DNA from: an uncultured bacterium
GTDB taxonomy: Bacteria > Verrucomicrobiota > Verrucomicrobiia > Limisphaerales > UBA8199
Length of the DNA: 64,000 bases
Assembly: GCA_963749495.1 (NCBI GenBank)
Contig: CAVVMW010000022.1
Span: forward strand, 128,001-192,000
Direction: 5' to 3'
The translations under genes were made by a program, and so were the position numbers. Under the pieces are notes generated by a model. The model ran no database searches, had not been told where the DNA came from, and saw only the letters and a list, made by a program, of their open reading frames with translations. Below, one piece after another: positions 20,101 through 29,800 of the stretch (position 1 is its first letter; each line of letters begins with the position of its first letter).

Positions 20101-23100
20101 CTATTGGGCAGCGGCCAGGCCGGCCTTTGCGATGTGTTTCAGCACAAATGGCTCAGCCAGGCCGTAGGGCACGGTCGAGTACCAATCACCGGCAGGTGGG
20201 CCTGGGTTCGGGGCCTGTTGGAAATTGATGGGCCTGGCTGCCCCGAGCGGAGGATTGCCGTGGTGAGGGCCGAGCGTGTTCTTGAGCGTGCCGATGACCG
20301 TCACTTCGATGTCGTTTTCGCCGGGTCGAATCCACTTGGTGACGTCGCATTCCCACGGCGGGGCGTTGATGTATCCGACGGCCCTTCCTCTGACGCTGAC
20401 TTTGGCCACGCTGCCGTACCAGCCGCGCAGAGCCACCGCATAATGGCCCGCCTTTTGGCCGACCTGGAAATGCTCGCGATAAGCCACCCCACCGCCATAA
20501 AAGGGATGGCCTTGTGAATTCCAATCGGCCCCGAGTTTCAAAGGCTGGTCCGGGACGATGACGAATCCGTGGTCTGCAGGTTTCAGGGCGAAATCGCCCA
20601 GGACATAGGCCGGCTCCAGTTCATGGTACATGGTAAAGGGCGAGGCCTTGATCGTGACGACATTTTCGCCGGTGTGCGCCACCGACGCCAATGGGATTTT
20701 GCCGAAGGCCTTGTCGAGCCACCAGGCCTTTGGGGTGGACCCGTCCTCCGTAGCAGTGTGCCTGGCCGGGTGGGCTGGTGCATTGGTGCTACTGCGGAGG
20801 GTGGACGCGACAGCCTGGCCGTTGCAGGTGATCGTGTAGAGGTCGGGGCGCTCGATGACGATGGCGAGGTTGGTTGGCAGGTCTCCCTCGACTTGGAAGC
20901 GGTAGCTGGCCTCGAAACCGCTGCCGGGGGCGAACTTCCTGGAAATCAACTCGTCTTTGAACTGCACTGCGCTGTCCCAGGGATTGCGTTCGAGGCCGTT
21001 TTTCTGCCAGGCAAACTGGTTGGCCTGGTAAAAGTAGAGGCCCTGGCGGGTTTCCCCGCCGGCAGTGACCGCGACGTAATCCAGCGTGAGGACATTCGGC
21101 GCGAGGCGCCGGATTTCAGGGGCTTGGCCGGCTTGGATGACTTCAACTGTTTCCGCCGCGGGCCTTCGCCGCGCCGGAGGGTGGCCGGGCGTCGGGGGAT
21201 CGCTGGCTTCGGCCCCGCAGGCGGGTTGGCTGGGGCGGATCGCTTTGCGGGACCCGTCCTCCGTAGCAGTGCTCCTCGCGGGGTCGGGTTCTGCCCTCGT
21301 GCTACTGCGGAGGGTGGACAGGAACAAGAGGAGGCTGCCGGAGGGGGGCAGGTTGAAGCGGGTCTGAATGCCCTGGCCCTGTGCCGCAAAGGCATGCGCT
21401 TCGGTCTGGCCAGTGTAAAGGTTCCAGGCCTCGACGCCTTTGAGGTCGGATTGGATCGTGCCCGTCGAGGGCGCTTGAATGCTCGTATTGACCAGGAACA
21501 GGAGCTCGCCGTCATCGAGGCGCCGCCGATGGTGAAAGAGGATGCCGCCGTCGGTCTCAGCGCGGGTGACGACCAGACCGGTCGGGCGAAGCTGTTTTGG
21601 CAGGGCAGCGGTCTGGACCTTCTTCCAGTGGTCTGAGCCGGCCAGGGCCGCCCCCGCCGGTGAGAGGCCGCCATCGATCCTCGTTGGCGGCTCTCCGCAG
21701 CTCAACACGGTCCCGCCCGTTTCCTCGAAGGCGGCCAGCAACTGGGCGGTCTTGGCATTCAAATTCTCCGTCATGGGGGGCAGGACCACTGTCCGATAAT
21801 GGCGGCGTCCGACTTTCAGGCCGCCAGAGTCCGCCGAACCGTGCCGGGCCAGGATGTCTTCGCAGCCGATGTCGTATTCGACCTGGGCGGCTTCCAAGGC
21901 CATGACGAGGTCGAAGAAGCTCTTGCCCAGTTCATCGAGCTTTGCGCCGGCGGCCTGGTACATCCAGGCGGTGGTGGTCGGCTCGAGGACGAGCACCTCA
22001 TTGACCTGTTCGCCCTGGGAGAGCGCCGCCGAGAGCCGGGCAAAGTACTGGGCCGAGACGTGATATGCCTCCCACCACGGTTCGTGGTAGGAGAAGGACT
22101 GGGGATAGTCGCCTTTGCGCGCGCCGCGCAGAGTGACGTAGGAAAGATGCTGGTTCAACGTGTTGACGCCCAGCACCTCGAGCCAGTCGCCAATGCGTTT
22201 CATGTCCTCGAACCGCAGGTCCCACCCGCTGCCGCCGTAGGCCTCGCACAGAGTCCGCCTCTGGCCGAGTTGGTTGGCGACGCTGGAGAGTTCCCTGACC
22301 ATCCGGGCGTTGCCGAATTGGGCGTGGGTATGTTCGGCATACTGATTCCTCAGGCAGTCGATGGCGGGTCGTTGGTGCCAGGCATACATGGACATGTTGT
22401 CGGGCACGGCGACGCAGTTGGGCCATTGGTGGTCCCAATAGTGGCCCGTCCATTCGAGGTGATTGGTTTCGCAGTAATCGTGGTAGGGCTTTGACCAATG
22501 CTCGATGAACTGCTCGTTGAGGACCTGGTAATAGTTGTGCCGAATCTTCTGCCAATCCCCCAGCGGATAGTTCAGGCTGGGCAGATGCTCCAGGAGGCTG
22601 TATCCCCAGCGTTTCTCGAACTCCGACGCCAGAACCTCGCTCCAGGCAAAGTCGCCGGCTTCGCGAATGTTCGGCTCGTCGGAGAACACGCCCGGCACAC
22701 GGCGGCCGAACTCCTTGCCGATCTCGCGGCGATAGGCCTCCATGGTCACCTCGAGGAATTTCTCCGTCACCCCGGGCGAGAGCAGGTTCACGTACCACCG
22801 GTTCCCGAACCAGGGCGAGCTGGCGGCGCGCACCTCGGTGGCCGCCAGGTAACGTCCCTCGGGCAGGACTTGGCCTGCCTTGGCCTTGGCCGTCACAGTC
22901 TCGAACTTGTCCCCCTCGCAGCGATACAGGCCCACCAGGTCCTCCGACCAGACAGGCGCTGTCTTGGTCTCCCGGAAACTCAGGCCGCGTCCCCGGGACT
23001 CGGGCATTTCTTCCGGCACCCAGCCGCCTGCGAAGCCCGATGGATAGGAGTTCTCGTCGTAGATCCACACGTTCATGCCCAGGCGCTGGGCTTCGTCGAG

Positions 23101-23430
23101 CGCCGCTTTCCAGAGGCCAAACCAATCCTTCGACAAGTAGGGCGTCATCAACCCCGGCCGGGGATGCACCCAGACCTGTCTGACCTTCTGGCCGGCCAGG
23201 TCGCGGAGCGTCTCGCGCACCTGCCGCTCGGTGAGCATGTCGTTCCACACCCAGAGCGGGCCGGTGCTGTACTCGCGCGGCGGGTCCTTGAAGAGCGCCT
23301 TGGCCTGGGCCGATTCAGTGGCGCCGCACAACCGGCCCGCGCCCAACACACAAACTAAAATGGCCACGGCCAGCAGCCGGCCGATGGCAGAATTCGAAAC
23401 CCACAGGCCGAACGTTTGGCGAGATTTCAT
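20101..23430 (-). CDS. Secreted glycoside hydrolase (GH106/GH2-like) carrying three in-frame palindromic insertions
   Basis: FKDPPREYSTGPLWVWN; HPRPGLMTPYLS; WIYDENSYPSGFAGG; FSDEP; RELSSVANQ; DYPQSF. Confidence 0.85.
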   Translation of the reverse strand: MKSRQTFGLWVSNSAIGRLLAVAILVCVLGAGRLCGATESAQAKALFKDPPREYSTGPLWVWNDMLTERQVRETLRDLAGQKVRQVWVHPRPGLMTPYLSKDWFGLWKAALDEAQRLGMNVWIYDENSYPSGFAGGWVPEEMPESRGRGLSFRETKTAPVWSEDLVGLYRCEGDKFETVTAKAKAGQVLPEGRYLAATEVRAASSPWFGNRWYVNLLSPGVTEKFLEVTMEAYRREIGKEFGRRVPGVFSDEPNIREAGDFAWSEVLASEFEKRWGYSLLEHLPSLNYPLGDWQKIRHNYYQVLNEQFIEHWSKPYHDYCETNHLEWTGHYWDHQWPNCVAVPDNMSMYAWHQRPAIDCLRNQYAEHTHAQFGNARMVRELSSVANQLGQRRTLCEAYGGSGWDLRFEDMKRIGDWLEVLGVNTLNQHLSYVTLRGARKGDYPQSFSYHEPWWEAYHVSAQYFARLSAALSQGEQVNEVLVLEPTTTAWMYQAAGAKLDELGKSFFDLVMALEAAQVEYDIGCEDILARHGSADSGGLKVGRRHYRTVVLPPMTENLNAKTAQLLAAFEETGGTVLSCGEPPTRIDGGLSPAGAALAGSDHWKKVQTAALPKQLRPTGLVVTRAETDGGILFHHRRRLDDGELLFLVNTSIQAPSTGTIQSDLKGVEAWNLYTGQTEAHAFAAQGQGIQTRFNLPPSGSLLLFLSTLRSSTRAEPDPARSTATEDGSRKAIRPSQPACGAEASDPPTPGHPPARRRPAAETVEVIQAGQAPEIRRLAPNVLTLDYVAVTAGGETRQGLYFYQANQFAWQKNGLERNPWDSAVQFKDELISRKFAPGSGFEASYRFQVEGDLPTNLAIVIERPDLYTITCNGQAVASTLRSSTNAPAHPARHTATEDGSTPKAWWLDKAFGKIPLASVAHTGENVVTIKASPFTMYHELEPAYVLGDFALKPADHGFVIVPDQPLKLGADWNSQGHPFYGGGVAYREHFQVGQKAGHYAVALRGWYGSVAKVSVRGRAVGYINAPPWECDVTKWIRPGENDIEVTVIGTLKNTLGPHHGNPPLGAARPINFQQAPNPGPPAGDWYSTVPYGLAEPFVLKHIAKAGLAAAQ
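20741..20806 (-). repeat. 66-bp in-frame palindromic insertion (STLRSS...TATEDG), copy 1
   Basis: ccgtcctccgtagcagtg...gtgctactgcggagggtggac; GTCC on both sides on the coding strand. Confidence 0.85.
21161..21224 (-). repeat. About 63-bp in-frame insertion (PACGAEAS...PPARRR)
   Basis: gccttcgccgcgccggag...gcttcggccccgcaggc imperfect IR, CCCGC repeated at both ends on the coding strand. Confidence 0.65.
21254..21319 (-). repeat. 66-bp in-frame palindromic insertion (STLRSS...TATEDG), copy 2
   Basis: Same arms as copy 1, different loop, same length, GTCC on both sides. Confidence 0.85.
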
Positions 23431-23633
23431 AAGCGGGCTCACTCTGCCAGCGAGGCTGCCCCGGGAGCAAGCTCGCTTCTCTGAGAATCCTCTACTGTAT
23501 CGTCCGCAAAAGGCCCAAGTGGAGGGAGGAGCCAAACCAGATCCCACGCCGCCCCGCCATAACAGGCCCCATGAGCGTGAATTGTTTTGCAATTTCGCCG
23601 TACCCAGTTCACCATCGCCGGGAACTTGAAACC

Positions 23634-23849
23634 ATGGGTGCGCAACCCGAAAGGCGGTCCAAAGGCATCGTCTCCTGGCCGGAAGAGGAACGGCCACGCG
23701 AGCGGTTGCTCTCCCGTGGCCCGCAGGCGCTCACCGACGCGGAACTGGTGGCCATCCTCATCCGCGTGGGCTTCAAAGGCACCAGCGCGGTCGAACTCGC
23801 CCGCCACCTGCTCAAACGCTTCGGGTCACTTCGGGCGATGGTGGAGGCC
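23634..23849 (+). pseudogene. radC: RadC/JAB family protein, N-terminal fragment
   Basis: [47 protein letters not shown]. Confidence 0.85.
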
Positions 23850-23999
23850 CGCTTCCCCGTCGAATCCCTGGGTCGCCAGGTAATGGCGGTGTTTGTGGAC
23901 ATTTACGGCAACGAGGCCCGGGAGGTAATTGCGGCCGCGCACTTTGGGATGGCCAATGGCAACGGGGCAACGAAGCGCAGGACAGGAGCGGCGCGATGA
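23850..23999 (+). pseudogene. Type III R-M DNA methyltransferase (Mod), C-terminal fragment
   Basis: [17 protein letters not shown] resembles the Mod C-terminal (V/I)DIxGNE motif. Confidence 0.55.
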
Positions 24000-24325
24000 T
24001 CCTGCCAGCGGATGCGGTCATTGCCAGAGCGAAGGCGGTCAGTTACCTTCTGGCGTTCCGTCGTGAAAACGACAAATCAGAGTTCCTGGCGCAAGCGGGC
24101 TACACCGCCGCGGAAGCAGACCGACTGGCGGATGACATTCGCCGGCAACTTCTGCCACGGGAAGCGGAGTTTGAAGAGACAACCGAGTATGGCGACAAGT
24201 ATCGGATTCGCGGCGCGCTCACCGGCCCCAACGGGCGGGCGTTGCCGGTCGTGAGCATCTGGATGACCGAGAGCACAACCGGAACGACCAAGTTCATCAC
24301 CCTTTACCCAGAAAGATCGGACTAA
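23996..24325 (+). CDS. DUF6883-like putative toxin/nuclease
   Basis: [13 protein letters not shown]...DKSEFL..AGY...TEYGDKY.I.G.LTGPNGR...V.SIW...KFITLYP. Confidence 0.7.
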   Translation: MILPADAVIARAKAVSYLLAFRRENDKSEFLAQAGYTAAEADRLADDIRRQLLPREAEFEETTEYGDKYRIRGALTGPNGRALPVVSIWMTESTTGTTKFITLYPERSD

Positions 24326-24326
24326 C

Positions 24327-24578
24327 ATGGCTTATCAACTCTTCACGAAAGTCGCGTTAAGAGCGGACATCCCGGCGCACAAGCTGCGAGGGGGCAACGT
24401 GGCCACGATTGTCGAAGCGCATCCCGGCCGGCCGGGCCAGGAGCCGGGCTATTCCCTCGAGGTCTTCAGCGCCGTGGGCGAGACCATTGCGGTCGTCACG
24501 GTGCGCGAATCCCAAATCGAACCGCTGGCCAACAATGAGGTTCTGCACGTGCAACGGCTCGATGAGGTGCCAGCCTGA
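24327..24578 (+). CDS. DUF4926-like putative antitoxin/immunity protein
   Basis: LFTKVALRADIPAHKLRGG.VATIVE....EPGYSLEVFSAVGETIAVVTV. Confidence 0.8.
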   Translation: MAYQLFTKVALRADIPAHKLRGGNVATIVEAHPGRPGQEPGYSLEVFSAVGETIAVVTVRESQIEPLANNEVLHVQRLDEVPA

Positions 24579-24590
24579 CCGGACACGGCC

Positions 24591-24737
24591 ATGAGCACCC
24601 GAGGCGACCGCCGGACTTTCCGCAACGAAGACCTGATCCTCAACAAGTATTTCAACGAATTGAGGAAGCGGAACCTCATCGGCTTCGTGTCCGCAATAGA
24701 CGTCGCCATGCGCAAAGCCGCCGGCGAGAAGGAGTGA
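24591..24737 (+). pseudogene. Type III restriction subunit (Res) collapsed to fused N- and C-termini
   Basis: 48 codons MSTRGDRRTFRNEDLIL|NKYFNELRKRNLIGFVSAIDVAM; both halves resemble Res-like termini; lies downstream of the Mod fragment. Confidence 0.45.
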
Positions 24738-24743
24738 AAACCC

Positions 24744-25000
24744 ATGTTGTGGTCACCAAGGAAAACGAGAATGGTTCCGCCAGCACACGTGTTTTTGGTC
24801 GCACGTTACATGTTGGCCTGCGTGGCTGTGTTGGCTGGCATGGTTGGGCAGGTTCGGGCGGCGACGTACGTGGTTGACCAGGCGGCTCCCGGCGCGGCCG
24901 ACACGAATCCGGGAACTGAGGAGAAGCCCTTCAAGACCATTCAACACGCCGCCGACGCGGCCAAGCGGGGCGACACCGTTTGCGTCATGGCCGGCAAGAA
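24744..25000 (+). pseudogene. DUF1565/beta-helix secreted protein, N-terminal fragment
   Basis: Signal peptide, ATYVVDQAAPGAADTNPGTEEKPFKTIQHAAD..KRGDTV.V.AG. Confidence 0.7.
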
Positions 25001-25059
25001 GGACGTGAAGGTCGAGGGCATTACGGTGACGAACACACTGAAAGGCAGATTATGACACA

Positions 25060-25348
25060 CTTCGCAATGGAGGGCAACGGCCCGACGCGCGGCACGCTGG
25101 TGGAACATCGCGTCTGCGTGGCCAGCCCTGATTGGCTGGCCGCAGACCGGGTGGCGTTGGAGTTGATGGGAATAGACTTCGCCAAAGTGGGCTACCTGAA
25201 CTACTGCGCCCAGGCCGGCCTGGGGGAGGGCGATTTGCAGAAGATCGAGGTTGTCGGTGAATCCATTTCCAAGCACGTTAGGCGCTACAAGCTGGCCGAC
25301 AACATCGACCGGCAGTTGGTCTGGATGACGCCGCCCAAGCCGTCCTGA
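25060..25348 (+). pseudogene. DUF362-family protein, C-terminal fragment
   Basis: AMEGNGPT.G...VASPDWLAADRVALELMGID...VGYL...AGLGEGDL.KIEVVG. Confidence 0.75.
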
Positions 25349-25978
25349 GAAACCGCGCACGCGCCCGAATACGATTCAGAACTTCGTGGCTCATACGGTT
25401 CACTCGTGGATTTCCACCACATCCCGGTCCCGCAGGATTTCGGTTTTGTGGACTTGCTGACCCTCGAAGCGGCTGTGGCCCCACAGCGGGGCCGAATTCC
25501 GTTGGCAGCCTCATTGAATACCCTTGCGGCCCCCCTGTCAACTGTGCGTTCGGCGCACAGTCGCAGGGCCAAGGACAAGGTCCGCCGATGCCGCTGCATG
25601 GGGCTGGAGCGCCTGGCGCAGCGATTCGGCTCGGCCAAGGCCGGAGCACTGCTGCGCGACTGGCACATCACCACGGGTCAATATTATCGAGCCAAGGTCC
25701 TGGCCGCCTTGGAGAAGCGACTCTGGCGGCTGACGTGCGACGATGCCCATCGGCAGGCCTTTCTTGTCCACTTGGACCAGTCGGTCGTTCTCTACCGGCA
25801 GTTGGCCGAACTAACCGCGCGAACCTACCTGGCCGCAACTGACATGATTACGACCTTGTCCTGGGACGCCGGTCTCAAAGCGGCCGAGGACGACTTGGCC
25901 CTGCAGAAGCGATGACGTTGAATTGGCCCATGTGCTTCAGTCACCCGGCCTGAGCACGCCAAGCCCGAACAAACCACT

Positions 25979-26683
25979 TTACGTCCGCCTCAGCCGCGGA
26001 AACGAAAACGCGTTTTGTCCCTCGGCAACAGGGTAGGTTTCCTCCCGCCCACCATGCCGGACCAGGAGCTTGAAAGGCCCATCCGAGGCGACCGACGACT
26101 CGAGCGACGGCCTATCGCCACCTGCGGGCTCTGCCTTGAGCGAGACAACGTGCCCGTTGAATCGGAACCGTTCGACACCCAGCGGTTTCGCCGAAGCCAC
26201 CTCCCACACCAATGTGTTGGAAGCCGCGTCCGGCTTGAGGCCAATGGCAAACTCCAGGAGATAGAGGATTGGCCCGATGCCGCTCCATCCGACGAAGTCC
26301 GGTTTTGCCGGCCGGTGGAGAGCCGAGGCATCCGGGGCGTAGTTTTCCCAGACCGTCCCGGTTTTCTGAAAGACCTCACCCATGATTGCGAGGTGATTCA
26401 ACAAAACATAACCGCTGCCTGGGGCCGGTTCATGGAAGTTCTTGAATGCCAGTTCCCAGCTTTTCCAGTACATGGACACCCACTCGGGCCTTTCCTCAAA
26501 AACGGGCGACGGCAGCCGGTCGCGCATCTCGACAAATCGGGGCAGCGGCGCCGGTTGGTAGCTCTTCTTGGAAAAGTACATGCCGCGAGCCACTCCTGGA
26601 GATTCCGTCCCCGCCGCGGCACCGAAGCCCGGATGCGCAACGAAGACCAAGGCGCAGGCCAGGATCTGGAAATGAGTGTTCAT
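25979..26683 (-). pseudogene. GH63/trehalase-like (MGH1-like) glycoside hydrolase with internal deletion
   Basis: LPSPVF...MYWKSWELAFKNFHEP joined to TGTVWENYAPD...DFVGWSGIGPI. Confidence 0.7.
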
Positions 26684-26876
26684 GCCCGCGATTCTACTCA
26701 CCAAACCCTGAGGGCATCCAGTTCGACTCCTTGGCTCTGGGGACGAGAGCCGAACTCCGGGCCACCTCCGTCCTCCCTGCAGCCATGCGAATGGGCTGAG
26801 GTTGATTACCAGCGGGATGGGCTTCGGATAGATGGGCTGGCCGAAGGCCTCAAACCACGTTTCCGCGTGTCTTCTC

Positions 26877-27626
26877 CTATTCTGGCTTTGGATCTCCAGG
26901 CGCCTGGGACTGGCCGGTCATCGGCACAAACCGGACCGGCAAGACAGCGTGTCGCTCGAGCTTGTCGCCGCGTTTGCGCACCAGCACCAGCTCTTGAGCC
27001 GAGATTGGCCCCACAGGAATCATCAGGCGGCCGCCGTCTTTGAGCTGCGCGACCAGAGGTGGCGGGACCCTTTCCGGCGCGCAGGTAACAATAATCGCAT
27101 CGAACGGCGCCGCTTCGGGCCAGCCTTTGTAGCCGTCGCCTATGCGCGCATGGATATTGGTGTACCCAAGTCGCTTGAGGTCCGCGGCGGCTCGGCTGGC
27201 CAGATCCTCGATAATCTCAATCGTATAGACCTGCGCGACCAATTCGGCCAGAACGGCAGCTTGATAACCGGAGCCAGTGCCGATTTCCAGCACGCGGTCG
27301 GTTGGCTTCGGGTCGAGTTGCTCGGTCATGAAGGCGACGATGTACGGCTGCGAAATGGTCTGGTCATGGCCGATGGGCAGCGGAGTGTCCTGATAGGCAT
27401 GCGCGCGCAACCGCTCCGGCACGAACTCGTGGCGCCGCACTTTGCCCATGACCGCCAGCACACGGGTGTTGGTGATGCCGCGCTCCGGGGAGGCGAGCTG
27501 CTCTGCCACCATGCGCTTTCGAGCAAGGTCGAGGCGCTCCTCTGCGGCGACTGCCGCCCGGGGCGAGCCAATCTCAGCGACGAAGGATGCCAGCACCAGT
27601 GTTGATAGCAGTGTGCGCTTGTTCAT
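26877..27626 (-). CDS. pcm: Protein-L-isoaspartate O-methyltransferase
   Basis: AYQDTPLPIGHDQTISQPYIVA; VLEIGTGSGYQAAVLA; GDGYKGWPEAAPFDAI; VRFVPM. Confidence 0.95.
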   Translation of the reverse strand: MNKRTLLSTLVLASFVAEIGSPRAAVAAEERLDLARKRMVAEQLASPERGITNTRVLAVMGKVRRHEFVPERLRAHAYQDTPLPIGHDQTISQPYIVAFMTEQLDPKPTDRVLEIGTGSGYQAAVLAELVAQVYTIEIIEDLASRAAADLKRLGYTNIHARIGDGYKGWPEAAPFDAIIVTCAPERVPPPLVAQLKDGGRLMIPVGPISAQELVLVRKRGDKLERHAVLPVRFVPMTGQSQAPGDPKPE

Positions 27627-27761
27627 GGGAAGGTTCTCAGGTAAGCGGGAACAAAGTCGCGCCGCGGGCGCACGAAGCGCCCGCCACCGTCCAGCGTTTC
27701 CAAAGGGCGCTGGCGCGCTTGGGTCCGAAGCTGAGGGTTCTCGACCATTGCAGTGCCTGCG

Positions 27762-27887
27762 TTATTGCATGCCGATGGTTACAGTCCCCGTCCCGGCCGG
27801 TCCGGGACTCGCGGCACCGGCCGCGGGGCTGGCCGCCAGCCCGGCCCCAAAGATGGCGGCCGTTTTGAGCGCGTCCCGGCGGGTCAT
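27762..27887 (-). pseudogene. Tat-signal N-terminal fragment of an exported protein
   Basis: Read from the sequence: MTRRDALKTAAIFGAGLAASPAAGAA...TVTIGMQ*. Confidence 0.45.
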
Positions 27888-28152
27888 TTGTGATTTGCGT
27901 TCGGATTGCGATGTTCTTCGAGACGTGGGCGCGCAGGCATGACCTGACCATGCCGGAAATGCGCCCGTCGCGCAAGACGAACTCCGTCTTAATGAATCGG
28001 CGCATAAGAACGATTCTTGCAGCCGCCTTCTTCCTCGAGTGGTTGAGCTTCACGCGGCCTTGCGTTCGACGCTTAGCTGCTGTCATCCCGAACGCCCCCG
28101 GCACTCTGCCAAATCGAGGCGATGAGGGTATCCCTGATCCGCAGAAATCGAG

Positions 28153-29776
28153 TCAGCGGGCCGGCCGGGAATCGAGCGTGGCAGCTCCAGCCGGCACGTC
28201 GGAGTCCAGCTCGAATGATCTCATCGCCTGGGTGAAATCGTTCGCGGCTTCGTGAAGGTGGGCCGTATGGCCCCCGCCCACCACGGCCCAGGTCTTTGTT
28301 CCGGCCAGCGCGCGGCAACCCTGGACGAGGCTCTCGCGCACGTTGTGAAACCGGGCCACCGGCTGGTCGCTGCCTGGAGGTTTGGCCACGAACATGCGCA
28401 GGTCTGCGTCGGCCACATCGTCGAGCACCAAAGCCGGCCGTCCTTCGGGCTCTTCATAGGCCAGGTAGATACCGTCGAGCGCCAGGTTGTCCGCGTGGCG
28501 GCAATACAAACCGTAGGCAGGCAGGTCGCCAAACCGGCCCGCGTCCGGATACTCACCCTCGCGTTCGGGCACGGGGCGAGCCGCCAACTCGGCTTTGCCT
28601 CCACCTCGCGTGGTCACCCGGAGATTTCTCAGCGTCAGACCGCTCACTGGAAATCCGGGAACGCCCATAATGGACGAGGCCCAAGTCGCGCCGGTGGCCA
28701 CGATGTCGCTGATGGAGACGTTGCGCAGGTGCTGAGGCACGGGTTTTGCCTGACCTCGGCCTCGGTTGCCCAACCGCACGAAAACCGGCGCGCACACGTC
28801 ATGCATGACGATGTTGGACACGGCGACTCGCTCCAGGTCGGCGCCGTCCACAAGTCTCGAGGGAAAGCCCTGAATCGGCCCGGCGCCCCGCCCACCGCGA
28901 GGGATCACTAAAGACGCTGCAGTTCTGGAACAGGATGTCCTTGAAGCCGCCGCTGCTCTCGGTGCCGAGTTTCAGGGCGTTGCACGCGGTGCTCAGGACG
29001 CAATTGGTGACCATCACGTGTTCGGTGGCGCGCAGATACCCCAGGGAGGGGCTGGCCTTGGGGACGATGGCATCATCCCAGGATTCCACGGAACAGTTGG
29101 CAATGCGGACGTGGCGGCAGCAATCGGGATCGATGCCATCGCAGTAGCCGTTGCGAATAGTGACTCCCAGGATGTCCACGAAATCGCAGCCCAGCAGGCT
29201 GATGTTGTAATTGGGCGCGTTTTCGATCGTCAGATCGCGCACCAGGATGTTGCGGCAGAGTTTGAGCGCGATGGGCTTGGGCCCGCCCCGTTTCTTCCGG
29301 GCCATGTCGATGCGCCCGGGGCCCAGGATGGCTATGTCCGCAAGGTTGCGCCCGCGAATGAGGGCATAATTGAAGTCGGTGGTTTCCTGGTCCGAAAAGG
29401 AGTTGTAGTTCAAGACTTCGAAGTCGTCGAAATCAGCGCGCTCCGGCGCCGCCACGAGCGTCGCGCCGTTTTCGAGTTGGAGGGTCACATGGCTGCGCAG
29501 GCGGAGGGTGCCGCAGAGGTATTGGCCCGGCGGGAAATAGGCGCACCCGCCGTCCCGCCCGGCCGCCTCAATGGCGCGTTGGACGGCGCGAGTGTCCCTG
29601 GCCTGCCCATTGCCTTTGGCCCCGAAGCGGCGCACGTTGAATAAAGCGCGCTCTGTGCGGCTAAGGTGGACGCCGGCATAGGAGCTCCCGGCTTGGAGGA
29701 AACCGGCGGCCAAAAACGGCAGGCGCGCCATGAAGGCACGGCGGTTCAGTACCTGTGTTCCTGGGGATGTGAGCAT
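28153..29776 (-). pseudogene. GH28/pectin-lyase-fold glycoside hydrolase with a +1 frameshift near 28852
   Basis: FNVRRFGAKGNG..DTRAVQRAI; DGIDPDCC; DDAIVPK; ALKLGTES; continues VDGADLERV...LPAYGLYCRH in ORF 28153..28908. Confidence 0.85.
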
Positions 29777-29800
29777 CGTGGTGCATGAACGCGGAACCTA

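Noticed and set aside
23571..23999. RadC-methyltransferase fusion protein
   Set aside because: Both halves lack their catalytic domains; it is one of the many fragment junctions.
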